Virus record (IMG/VR): IMGVR_UViG_3300025151_004898
Location: 1 to 57,728 of that record
DNA: 57,728 nucleotides
Direction: 5' to 3' (one strand)
Source of the DNA: a virus
Taxonomy: Duplodnaviria; Caudoviricetes
This document shows positions 1 through 8,767 of the stretch, piece by piece. Positions within the stretch are counted from its first letter, which is position 1; each line of letters opens with the position of its first letter. The translations under genes were made by a program, and so were the position numbers. The notes beneath the pieces were generated by a model. The model made no database searches. It was not told the DNA's origin and saw only the letters and a program-made list of their open reading frames with translations.

Positions 1-41
1 AATCTCCTTCCGAAGCCAAAAAATACATTACCAATTTAAGT

Positions 42-86
42 ACAGGGGAGTTCCCTGTGAAATTTAGTCCGAGGTAGTTCCTCGGG
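42..86 (+). promoter_or_regulatory. Tandem stem-loops in gp32 5' leader (candidate translational operator)
   Basis: ACAGGG-GAGTT-CCCTGT (42-58) and CCGAGG-TAGTT-CCTCGG (69-85), both with GG-NAGTT-CC loops, directly before SD-like AAGGA (88-92) and ATG at 100. Confidence 0.55.
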
Positions 87-99
87 AAAGGATACTGAT

Positions 100-972
100 A
101 TGGATTTTTCAGATTTTAAACGTAGGTCAAAGAGCAATCTTGACGAGCTTTCCAAGAAGATTCAGGAGAGTTCGGGTAGCAAGGATTCGTACAAGGATGA
201 TCGCTTCTGGCGACCAGAACTTGACAAGTCGAGCAATGGGTACGCAGTGATTCGTTTCCTGCCTGCTCCCCCGAACGAAGAACTTCCTTGGGCAAAGCTG
301 TACTCGCACGCATTCCAAGGTAAGGGTGGTTGGTTCATTGAGAACTCTCGTACCACTCTTGGTGAGAAGGATCCGGTTTCGGAGATGAACTCTGAACTCT
401 GGAACAGTGGTCAGGATACTGACAAGGATATTGCGCGTGCTCGTAAGCGTAAGCTCCAGTACATCTCCAACATTCTCGTGATTAGCGATCCAGCCAATCC
501 TCAGAATGAAGGTAAGGTGTTCCTCTACAAGTATGGTAAGCGAATCTTCGATAAGATTCAGGAAGCCATGGAACCTGAGTTCGCAGACGAAGAGAAGATC
601 AATCCGTTTGACTTCTGGTCTGGTGCGAACTTCAAACTGAAGGTCCGTAAGGTCGCTGGGTTCATCAATTATGACAAGTCTGAGTTCGATTCGCTGTCGG
701 AACTGTTTAGTGGGGACGATACGCAACTGGAAGAACTCTGGAAGAAGCAGTACCCCCTTAAGCCGTTTACTGATCCTTCCAACTTCAAGTCATATGACGA
801 ACTGAAGGAGCGTCTGAGCACTGTCATTGGTGATGATATCCGATTCACTGATGTCTCTACAAACACCGTAGAGAGCGTTCAGATGGATCAGGAGGAAACT
901 CCTGCTTCTACTCCGGAGGTTGGACCAGAGACTGATGCCATGGATTACTTTGCGAAGCTCTCGCAGGAGTAA
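100..972 (+). CDS. 32: Single-stranded DNA-binding protein, T4 gp32-like
   Basis: DDRFW, NGYAVIRFLP, HAFQG..GWFIENS, NPFDFWSGANFKLK, NYDKSEF motifs; acidic C-terminus ending YFAKLSQE. Confidence 0.97.
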   Translation: MDFSDFKRRSKSNLDELSKKIQESSGSKDSYKDDRFWRPELDKSSNGYAVIRFLPAPPNEELPWAKLYSHAFQGKGGWFIENSRTTLGEKDPVSEMNSELWNSGQDTDKDIARARKRKLQYISNILVISDPANPQNEGKVFLYKYGKRIFDKIQEAMEPEFADEEKINPFDFWSGANFKLKVRKVAGFINYDKSEFDSLSELFSGDDTQLEELWKKQYPLKPFTDPSNFKSYDELKERLSTVIGDDIRFTDVSTNTVESVQMDQEETPASTPEVGPETDAMDYFAKLSQE

Positions 973-1446
973 TCAAGCAAATCCGTAACGTGAATCTTTT
1001 AGATTTGCAGAAGAGGTTCTCAGAGTTGAGATACCGCCGGATGCACGAGGAATTGCCCCCGCAATGTTTGGGGGCAATTTTTCTGTTTCCATTTCACTTG
1101 GAAATCCGGGAGTTCCTTCTCGAATAAAGGCTTGTTCGCGGGATGTGATATCTGCTGCGTTGGGTGATGGTGGCTGAAGACCCATAGCATTCGCAGTCAA
1201 TACTTCTCTCATGGTTTCATTGAATCCGGTATTTGATTGTATTACTGTCTCCGATATCTTATCACTTGCAGAAAAATTAACTGCCTCATCTAATTCTTCT
1301 ATTGTTTCATTGAATGCAGGAGAAAAATCAGCGACATCTGGGGATTCTGTAGAAAGATCGGAAAATGAAATATTGTGATTTTCAATAGACAATGAACTTG
1401 ATATATCTTTAATGTCTACGTCATTTTCATTTTTTTCTTCTGCCAT
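973..1446 (-). CDS. Hypothetical acidic protein downstream of gp51
   Basis: 157-aa ORF whose start overlaps the gp51 stop (TAATG at 1446); no recognised motif. Confidence 0.7.
   Translation of the reverse strand: MAEEKNENDVDIKDISSSLSIENHNISFSDLSTESPDVADFSPAFNETIEELDEAVNFSASDKISETVIQSNTGFNETMREVLTANAMGLQPPSPNAADITSREQAFIREGTPGFPSEMETEKLPPNIAGAIPRASGGISTLRTSSANLKDSRYGFA
1051..1088 (+). terminator. Probable intrinsic terminator for gp32, inside the convergent ORF
   Basis: Perfect 10-bp inverted repeat AATTGCCCCC (1051-1060) / GGGGGCAATT (1070-1079) followed by TTTCTGTTT. Confidence 0.55.
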
Positions 1447-1640
1447 TAGTTATATCCTTTGCTTGCCAGTTTTTGTTGAATCTTTAAATTTTCATCCTGA
1501 ATATGTGTGTTTAGTAGGGACAAGAATATTTTTCTTTCCCATGGAATCATATTGTCGAGTTCAGTCAAGCTATATCCATGTATGTGCATTAACTGAAAAT
1601 TCAAAGCATAAAATGAGGCAATATTTACATTGCAAAACAC
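1446..1640 (-). CDS. 51: Baseplate hub assembly catalyst, gp51-like (possibly the -1 frameshift extension of gp26)
   Basis: YALNFQLMHIHGYSLTELDNMIPWERKIF matches the short gp51 of marine T4-like phages; weak GTG start. Confidence 0.85.
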   Translation of the reverse strand: MFCNVNIASFYALNFQLMHIHGYSLTELDNMIPWERKIFLSLLNTHIQDENLKIQQKLASKGYN

Positions 1641-2266
1641 AAGGTAAAAAAATCCTCTGCGCTCCTTATTGGAAGATTTCTTGTTTTATTTTCTGAAATA
1701 TAGTTCAGATTTTCTTCGTAATGTAATAACTCGTTACAACCATCAACAATGGCATTTCGAATGTTCAATGGGAGATTATCAATCATTGTTTCTTTTTGCT
1801 CTTCTGTCATTGTAGAAAAGTCTATTTTTTCGTTTGGGGTTTCTATGTAATCAATAGCAGAAGATAGACTCTCCTGCTTATCAGGAACTTTAACTTTTAT
1901 AGCATGATTCGATTCCTTTATTACATTTTCCCTCAAAGTACCTTTCAGTTTGAAGTTGTCTATGTTCAACTCCATTACTATGTTTTCATTGGTATACGGA
2001 CAAGTAAATTTTACCTTTACCTGTTCTCCGATTGAATATTTTCGTAGGTTCAAAATGCAATGAATTAGATCAGTCTGACTTAGATCTGACACTGGGACAT
2101 TTATTTTATTTTGCAATATATTCAAGAAAGTAATATACGAGTCAGTTTTTTTACCAGTTTCTCTTGCAGCAACGATTGCCTTTTCTTCTTTGACAATGAG
2201 GGGAGAAATTTCTATTCGTTTGTCTGTTGTGGGCAGAACCAGTTCATAAATTGGCAATTCAATCAT
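1625..2266 (-). CDS. 26: Baseplate hub assembly chaperone, gp26-like
   Basis: LPIYELVLP, PLIVKEEK, LRKYSIGE, FTCP motifs; C-terminal EDFF; synteny with gp51. Confidence 0.85.
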   Translation of the reverse strand: MIELPIYELVLPTTDKRIEISPLIVKEEKAIVAARETGKKTDSYITFLNILQNKINVPVSDLSQTDLIHCILNLRKYSIGEQVKVKFTCPYTNENIVMELNIDNFKLKGTLRENVIKESNHAIKVKVPDKQESLSSAIDYIETPNEKIDFSTMTEEQKETMIDNLPLNIRNAIVDGCNELLHYEENLNYISENKTRNLPIRSAEDFFTLCFAM

Positions 2267-2270
2267 TACA

Positions 2271-2813
2271 CTATCCTATCAATGATCCATTAACTTCGTT
2301 GTCAAAGTATCTATAGCTGAATTGTACACTGTAGATGAACGGTGCAAAGTCTTCAACAGGCTTTAGTTCTATTGGGTATAGCACACGAGGATAGCATTCT
2401 TCGAAAATCCATTTTAGGTTGGGATTATCACCAACCGTAACCTCTAACCTAGAATCAAATAGATCATTGTATGGATTTAGTGGACCGTCTGGCTGAACCA
2501 TGCTATTACACCATTGATTTAAGAAATTATATATGGAGTTTCGGTTATTTTTTGTCATATAAAATGATATGAATAATCCTTGATTCCAGTTCTTTCTAAA
2601 CGGCATGTATTTTATAGAACTCATCACTCCAGTTTCTACCACAGTACCAATATCCCATCCGGGAATTCTTACTGCAAATGCAGGAACATTATTTTTGTTA
2701 CCAGAATGTGGACTATACATGTCAATAGTAAATCTGTTAGAACGCATAATACCATCTTTAAATCCGGTATGTACGTTATTCAGCATTTGATCGATACTTG
2801 ATGGTAGAGCCAT
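2271..2813 (-). CDS. 54: Baseplate-tail tube initiator, gp54-like (tail tube fold)
   Basis: RSNRF, VRIPG, FEECYP, VQFSYRY tube-family motifs; position between gp4 and gp26. Confidence 0.7.
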   Translation of the reverse strand: MALPSSIDQMLNNVHTGFKDGIMRSNRFTIDMYSPHSGNKNNVPAFAVRIPGWDIGTVVETGVMSSIKYMPFRKNWNQGLFISFYMTKNNRNSIYNFLNQWCNSMVQPDGPLNPYNDLFDSRLEVTVGDNPNLKWIFEECYPRVLYPIELKPVEDFAPFIYSVQFSYRYFDNEVNGSLIG

Positions 2814-2815
2814 GG

Positions 2816-3253
2816 TTATCCCCTAAATATTTCTTTTTCTGTTAACAGCGTAAATTTCCAATCATTATTCTCACAAAGTTCCCGCGCAGCTTTCCACTTT
2901 GCAGTATTTACTGCATATGTTTTCATGTTTATATGGTAAGTTTTAGTTTTCCTTGATTTTGCTACAGGAGGTTTAGTTTGTTTATATGGCTTCACTTCTA
3001 TCAGATACTTCTGAATTTTACCATCCTTTGTCTTTATTTCTGCTAGAAAATCAGGATAATATTTGTGTGGCTTATTGTCCACTGGAGAGATGTATGGAAT
3101 TGCAATTTCTTCACTTGCCCATCTAAGTACATTTTCATTTTTATCCATGTACTTGCACATCTTCCGTTCCCATGTCGAACGACATATTATTTTGGTGGGA
3201 TCTCCAACATACTTGCCTGGATTTTCTGGTCGGTATTTGCTCTTATATGCCAT
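2816..3253 (-). CDS. 4: Head completion nuclease, gp4-like
   Basis: KYVGDP, RSTWE, WASEEIAIPY, YYPDF, IEVKP, NTAKW motifs. Confidence 0.93.
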   Translation of the reverse strand: MAYKSKYRPENPGKYVGDPTKIICRSTWERKMCKYMDKNENVLRWASEEIAIPYISPVDNKPHKYYPDFLAEIKTKDGKIQKYLIEVKPYKQTKPPVAKSRKTKTYHINMKTYAVNTAKWKAARELCENNDWKFTLLTEKEIFRG

Positions 3254-3255
3254 AG

Positions 3256-3263
3256 TATAAATA
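3256..3263 (+). promoter_or_regulatory. T4-type late promoter
   Basis: Exact TATAAATA upstream of SD GGAGG and the gp48 start at 3288. Confidence 0.85.
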
Positions 3264-3287
3264 TATATAATTGCTTGGAGGTAATTT

Positions 3288-4112
3288 ATGGCAGACTACG
3301 AATGGGGTTTTTCAAACAATGAGGCTCAAGCACCATATTATCTGTACTTTGAATGCTATCCATATCCCAGAACTTCACGAGAACGAGCCAATATAGGCAG
3401 TACACCAGTTGCTACATTTATATTACCCGGTGTTTCTGTAAATAGAGGTACTTCACATAGGTACTCTGAAGATGCACCCATGATGGAAAACATGGCCCAG
3501 GCACTTGGAACTGTATCCAATGCGTTTGATGTTACTGAGTTAGCTGGAATTAAGGATTTTGGTACATTGATGGCAAAGGTTGAGGATACATTCACTAAAC
3601 TTGGTTCTAGATACCAGCAGGATGCATTTGGTCAAATCACATCTACAATGGGTAGGTTGGAATTGCTCACCACAGAATCCGGATTTTTAGGATCTTCTAA
3701 GAGAAAATACAATTTTAACTGGAATCTAAAAAGTACTGGCGACAAGGCAAATACTTACTACGCAAGAAACCTTGCAAATGCACTAGAAACTTTCTCCATG
3801 CCAGTTGTTGGTGGGTTTGCTGGAGAAGGTAACATTGCCCAGGCAACAAGAATGAGACCTCCAAATGTATGGAAAATTTCAGCTTTTACTTTTGGTGGGG
3901 CAGACGTTACTCCCATGTGGTTGGGGAATCCAAAACTATGTGTGTTGATGCAGGTGTTACATGCATTAGATAACCAATCGTTTATTGATGCTGACGGAAC
4001 TCCATTTTCATATAACATAGTAGCCAACTTTGTTGAGTTGGAAAATGTGTTCAACTACGGTGGAGAAATTACTAGTAGGTCAGAATTCTTTAATGATTTG
4101 GGAGGTGGCTGA
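3288..4112 (+). CDS. 48: Baseplate tail tube cap, gp48-like
   Basis: RKYNFNWNL, PPNVWKI, FVELE motifs; divergent from gp4 and upstream of gp53 as in marine T4-like phages. Confidence 0.7.
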   Translation: MADYEWGFSNNEAQAPYYLYFECYPYPRTSRERANIGSTPVATFILPGVSVNRGTSHRYSEDAPMMENMAQALGTVSNAFDVTELAGIKDFGTLMAKVEDTFTKLGSRYQQDAFGQITSTMGRLELLTTESGFLGSSKRKYNFNWNLKSTGDKANTYYARNLANALETFSMPVVGGFAGEGNIAQATRMRPPNVWKISAFTFGGADVTPMWLGNPKLCVLMQVLHALDNQSFIDADGTPFSYNIVANFVELENVFNYGGEITSRSEFFNDLGGG

Positions 4113-5119
4113 TGTACTTCGCAAACAAGGCAAAAATTAAGTATGATTTTGGACCCAGCAATACTTCAAATGTGCATACAGTGGTTGATTTATTTAATCG
4201 TATAGTATTAAACGAACCCAAAAGTAATTACACATATACACAAATAACCACAACCCCAGATACGTTAGCGGGGGAGTTGTATGGTGATAATACCTTATTC
4301 TATACTAATTTATTACTAAACAACACATTATCCAAGAACGATTTACCCATAGATCAAGTTCGGTTTGAAACTGAAATAAATTCTTACCACTCCGGATTTG
4401 TATTTCATATATTAGAAGAACCAGAACAAACACTGAATCGTGGAGATATTATAGTCTTAACCTCTGATTTGGCTCTTGATTCGTGTACAAATCCAGATGA
4501 TTTGAACTGTCACATTAGCTATGCAGTAATAGAGGAGTGGGATCCTATTTTAAAGAAAATATGGTGCAAATATTATGCATTCGGTGCAGGAGGATCGAAG
4601 AGTGAGGATGAGTTATTTAGAAATCAAAATAAATTTAAAATATTCAAACAAGATACAATGGGAAGATTTGATTTAGACGGTGTACAGATTAAAAATGAAA
4701 GTGCTTTTAGTAGAGCAGTGACAGATAAGAAATACACATTTCAAGATGGAATTTTTACAATGAAGCGTGTTTCTAAATTTAGTAGCTCATTGGATTCATT
4801 TTATACTGAAGACGGAAACTATGTTATAAATCCACATGCTCTTAATGTCTCCAGTTCGGCTGGATCTAATATAGAACAGTTTGCACCAACATATAGTTCA
4901 AGTTTACTAAACACAGAGTGCTCTATTTTAGATGCTTATATACTTTCAGCAGCGAGCGAAAAGGATTACTCTAACACAAACTATAGAGTAAATTCTGATA
5001 TTCTGTTTAGATCGAGAATCAACCAATTCATGATAGATAATGATGATAAGAAAGAAATTAAGGTACTCAAGAAAAAAGCAGTAGGTAATGTTGCACAGAG
5101 TGTGTCAAGGTATAAGTAA
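4112..5119 (+). CDS. 53: Baseplate wedge protein, gp53-like
   Basis: N-terminal MYF, LysM-like TPDTLAGELYGD..LLLN, C-terminal NDDKKEIKVLK. Confidence 0.8.
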   Translation: MYFANKAKIKYDFGPSNTSNVHTVVDLFNRIVLNEPKSNYTYTQITTTPDTLAGELYGDNTLFYTNLLLNNTLSKNDLPIDQVRFETEINSYHSGFVFHILEEPEQTLNRGDIIVLTSDLALDSCTNPDDLNCHISYAVIEEWDPILKKIWCKYYAFGAGGSKSEDELFRNQNKFKIFKQDTMGRFDLDGVQIKNESAFSRAVTDKKYTFQDGIFTMKRVSKFSSSLDSFYTEDGNYVINPHALNVSSSAGSNIEQFAPTYSSSLLNTECSILDAYILSAASEKDYSNTNYRVNSDILFRSRINQFMIDNDDKKEIKVLKKKAVGNVAQSVSRYK

Positions 5120-7686
5120 TGAAAAATGATATTAGATTCAATGATATTTCAATAAAGCCTGTAAATGGATCTGAATTCGTAAGTATAATGGAAGACAACT
5201 CACAGGCAGCCAGTATGTTTGGTGGGATGTCGATAACCGAGGGATTATTTCATGGTGGTATCAGTGGATTTATAATTCTAAATGATCCGAATCCAGCCGA
5301 CGCAGCAGTTCGCTTGATTTCATTATCTGAACTATTAGATTCTGGCTCGATGATAAAATTTTCATTTTCTACTGATATGGAATTTGAGGGTCGTACAACG
5401 ACAACTAATGTTGAAGATTTAATCTTTTATGTTTATAATGTATCCATAGTCAGTAATATTGCTCCTGGCATAGCAAAATTAGGATCATCACAAGCAGTTA
5501 CATACCGAGTTGAATTTGCTTCTTACGAAGGTTCAGCCCTAAATTATCAACAATTTCCACTCATAGAAAATTCTGATTATGTCGCATCAATTAGCAATTT
5601 CTTTACAGATCTCACTGATAATGGTGGAGTAATGTCTCCACCAGCGCAGACAGAAGAGGATGATTCTGAAGTAAATATTGAAAATACTGCCCAGATAGCC
5701 CCTAACATTGTACCAACGCATAATGGAGTTTGGTTCAAGAGAAAACAATCACACTATCCATGGGGCAAGGAATCCTCAATGCCCGGAATAAATGGTATGA
5801 TATTGAGTTCTTTGAATTATGCTATTCCTGAAATTGTTCCCGATGATGATGATGATAATATATCACCTTCTGCCGGAGAAGAAAATAATCCGTCATACGT
5901 ATTCTTTCAGTCATTACCATATGGACAATGGAATTTTACTCCCATCGGAGGATCTCTTGGGTTATATGGACAAAGATTAACTGGTGATTCTGCACTAGAA
6001 TCTGAAACTTGGCATAACTATAACTTCACGATGGATGAAACTGTCAGTAATCGAGTAGAAAAATTTAAGATTGTTAAAAATGCTGATATACTTGAAATGG
6101 AAGAGGCTGGAGTTTTTGGATCTAGCTATACGTTAATAGAACCAAATTGGAAAGGTATATACAACGGTATAGTTGTAGAACCCAGTGAAGATGACGATCA
6201 GACAGCCGCAGACAACATCAATACATTGGGAATGAAACGAACTGCATACTATCATGATTTTATGAGTATATCTTCTCATCTGAGAATGGAACAAGTAAAT
6301 TATCATTACACTGATTTTTTCCCAGAGACAGAGGAGGAAGAGTCTGAAGATATTGTGCGGGGACCATTGCTGGGAGATAACCCACCAAATATAGGAAACA
6401 GCAATCCATCATTCAGTACTATAACTGATCCTGTTTACGGATATTTTGATGAGAGATATCTTAATCGCCCGACACCCACTATCGTTGATGATTACGCATC
6501 TTCCCGTGGAGATGAGTACATGTGGCAAACAATGTTTGACATGACAGAATTGCCATATTCTGATCAGGTTAACGAATCAGGTGAAATTGGAATAAAATAT
6601 ATTGTTGACAGCATAAGAGAACCACGCAGAAAAGCAAAAATGGCATATTCATTGTTGCATGATCTTAAGGAACAGTGGAATAGATATAGGCATTCAATTT
6701 GCTGTGGAACAGATCCAACAGATTTCTTTGCAATGATAGTCGGGTTCACTGGAGGAAATACAGCAGATCCAAACTACCTACCATATGGAATAACGGGATC
6801 TACGATGAATAATTTTCATAGGTATTCTTTTGTTGAGGTTGAGGTTTGGCCAAAAGTTCTACTTCCTCATGGTATTTCTGCGAGCGAATTTATTGAGGGT
6901 GCTGATGAAGAATTAGAATATTATGATTATATTCTGGGTAGCGCGGATATAAATCCAGCATCGGGAGAGCATGAGATATTCATTGCCGGCAATTCAGCAG
7001 AAAGTCGTGCAGATGGTATTACCTTTAAATTTGGGTTGGAAGAATCCAGTGCAACAAATCAAGATCAAGAGTTTGTTGTAATTCCTATTAAGGGTGGTAA
7101 ACGAGGTATGTTCACTGCGTATAACACAAATGAATTAACAAACAGTAAAATGTTTGCTGGTGCAGGAGTAAATACAGATGGATACAATTATCCATCCGGA
7201 TTCCAATTAATGCCTATTGGTGGAATGACTGCTGGTATAAGTGAAGAAGGCACAGCGGTGGCACCAACGTTCATGGGGTCGGTTGTTAAGATGTCAAGTT
7301 ACAATTCCAACCAGCTAATGGAACTGAAAACCAGAGACGATCTCATTGGTATTACTGGAGGATACACTGGACCGGCCGGTATAACTGGAGATGGTGCAAT
7401 GCAAGTGATAGGACTACTCAATACAATAATGGGAACCAAGAATTTACCAATACCATTCGGTGGCAGCACTCTTGATATTTCATATACCGAAACAGTAGAA
7501 AATGAAGATGACACAGAAAAAGATGAAATAGAATTTGTGTCGATAGATAGAGACGATTCTGATGTGCGACCTGATATCACAACAAACGCGGCCCCAATCA
7601 CCGGAAAATTGGGAGCAACAGCGAGTAATCAAACAATATACTTATTCTCTGCGGAAAATGATCACGATGGAAGGTGTTCTACATGA
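5119..7686 (+). CDS. Large baseplate hub protein (gp27-like N-terminal part) with Gly/Thr-rich insertions
   Basis: ITEGLFHGGISGFIILND and YVFFQ resemble hub proteins; follows gp53. Confidence 0.5.
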   Translation: MKNDIRFNDISIKPVNGSEFVSIMEDNSQAASMFGGMSITEGLFHGGISGFIILNDPNPADAAVRLISLSELLDSGSMIKFSFSTDMEFEGRTTTTNVEDLIFYVYNVSIVSNIAPGIAKLGSSQAVTYRVEFASYEGSALNYQQFPLIENSDYVASISNFFTDLTDNGGVMSPPAQTEEDDSEVNIENTAQIAPNIVPTHNGVWFKRKQSHYPWGKESSMPGINGMILSSLNYAIPEIVPDDDDDNISPSAGEENNPSYVFFQSLPYGQWNFTPIGGSLGLYGQRLTGDSALESETWHNYNFTMDETVSNRVEKFKIVKNADILEMEEAGVFGSSYTLIEPNWKGIYNGIVVEPSEDDDQTAADNINTLGMKRTAYYHDFMSISSHLRMEQVNYHYTDFFPETEEEESEDIVRGPLLGDNPPNIGNSNPSFSTITDPVYGYFDERYLNRPTPTIVDDYASSRGDEYMWQTMFDMTELPYSDQVNESGEIGIKYIVDSIREPRRKAKMAYSLLHDLKEQWNRYRHSICCGTDPTDFFAMIVGFTGGNTADPNYLPYGITGSTMNNFHRYSFVEVEVWPKVLLPHGISASEFIEGADEELEYYDYILGSADINPASGEHEIFIAGNSAESRADGITFKFGLEESSATNQDQEFVVIPIKGGKRGMFTAYNTNELTNSKMFAGAGVNTDGYNYPSGFQLMPIGGMTAGISEEGTAVAPTFMGSVVKMSSYNSNQLMELKTRDDLIGITGGYTGPAGITGDGAMQVIGLLNTIMGTKNLPIPFGGSTLDISYTETVENEDDTEKDEIEFVSIDRDDSDVRPDITTNAAPITGKLGATASNQTIYLFSAENDHDGRCST

Positions 7687-8342
7687 CCAAAAAATATCCA
7701 AAAATTAGAGCCGAAACTAGGCATATAGAAGGAAACGCTAGAGAAAGAAGTAATCTTAAATACATGGATTACTTTGATTGTGTGAATATTAATGGTCCGG
7801 TAGATAATAGTGATTGTGATTCTGAAAACTCGCTGTGCAATTGTCCATGCACAGGAGAAAATGGTGCGTCAGCAGTTCCTCTGTTTCGGGAACCAACAGA
7901 CGAAGAAATGCAATTTGCAAAAAATGCATTAAAACAATGCCAAACAAATGGTGATGATTATGATGGCTACTTTACTATAAACCCAGATGCATTGACCAGT
8001 AGTTGCGGGGTCCAGTGTCATGGTGATTACTTCTATAATGTGTTTCAAGTATCCAGAACATATTCTACCTTTTGGAAAACACCAAAGAAAGTTCCTCTGT
8101 ATAGAAACGCTCTCATAAATTTATACACCACAGAGCAAGCAGTAGCAATTATACCGGGAAACCTCCGTGTCAATGTAGGTGATTTTATATTTTTCCCTGA
8201 AGATGGAACACAGATAAATGCGAAGTATAGTGGTGGTTGGTTAGTTGCGAATATCGTACATGCTATTCCATCATTGCAGCAATATAAAATGATTTTAACC
8301 TTAATCCGAGACAGTAAAATAAACCACCCAGAAGGAAACTAG
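7683..8342 (+). CDS. Cys-rich protein carrying a hub-like C-terminal domain
   Basis: ATGA overlap at 7683-7686; IPGNLRVNVGD...YSGGWLVANIVH...LIRDS resembles the C-terminus of gp27-like hubs. Confidence 0.5.
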   Translation: MTKKYPKIRAETRHIEGNARERSNLKYMDYFDCVNINGPVDNSDCDSENSLCNCPCTGENGASAVPLFREPTDEEMQFAKNALKQCQTNGDDYDGYFTINPDALTSSCGVQCHGDYFYNVFQVSRTYSTFWKTPKKVPLYRNALINLYTTEQAVAIIPGNLRVNVGDFIFFPEDGTQINAKYSGGWLVANIVHAIPSLQQYKMILTLIRDSKINHPEGN

Positions 8343-8343
8343 T

Positions 8344-8763
8344 ATGTCTGAATATACATTTCAAGACTTGGATTCGCAGTGTAGGATCAACTCATTTACA
8401 GAAGATATTTCTGTTCAGAGAGACTTACAAGCAATTAGACAATCAATTACAAATTTGGTACTGACCAGAAAAAACGAACGACCATTTGCACTATCTGGTG
8501 CCGGGGTTGGTCTTCAAGATTTATTTTTTGAATTATCCAGCAACGAGATGACTCCAAAGAAGGTATACATCAGAGAAGAGGCGAAAAGAATCATAAATAG
8601 GTATGAACCCAGAGTCAAATACAAGGATTTTACCATTACAAAGTCACCAAATTCGCATGATGCAATTAATGTAACAATATCTTACACTGTAACTGCGTTC
8701 GATGTTGATTCTCGTTTGTCAGATGAAGTTGTCGATGGGGTCAGCCTAAACCTAGAAAGATAG
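8344..8763 (+). CDS. 25: Baseplate wedge subunit gp25
   Basis: AIRQSITNLVLTRKNERPF, LFFEL, RYEPRV motifs. Confidence 0.92.
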   Translation: MSEYTFQDLDSQCRINSFTEDISVQRDLQAIRQSITNLVLTRKNERPFALSGAGVGLQDLFFELSSNEMTPKKVYIREEAKRIINRYEPRVKYKDFTITKSPNSHDAINVTISYTVTAFDVDSRLSDEVVDGVSLNLER

Positions 8764-8767
8764 TCCA

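Noticed and set aside
127-726. 199-aa minus-strand ORF opposite gp32
   Set aside because: Fully antisense to a well-conserved gene; explained by biased codon usage; no motif or SD
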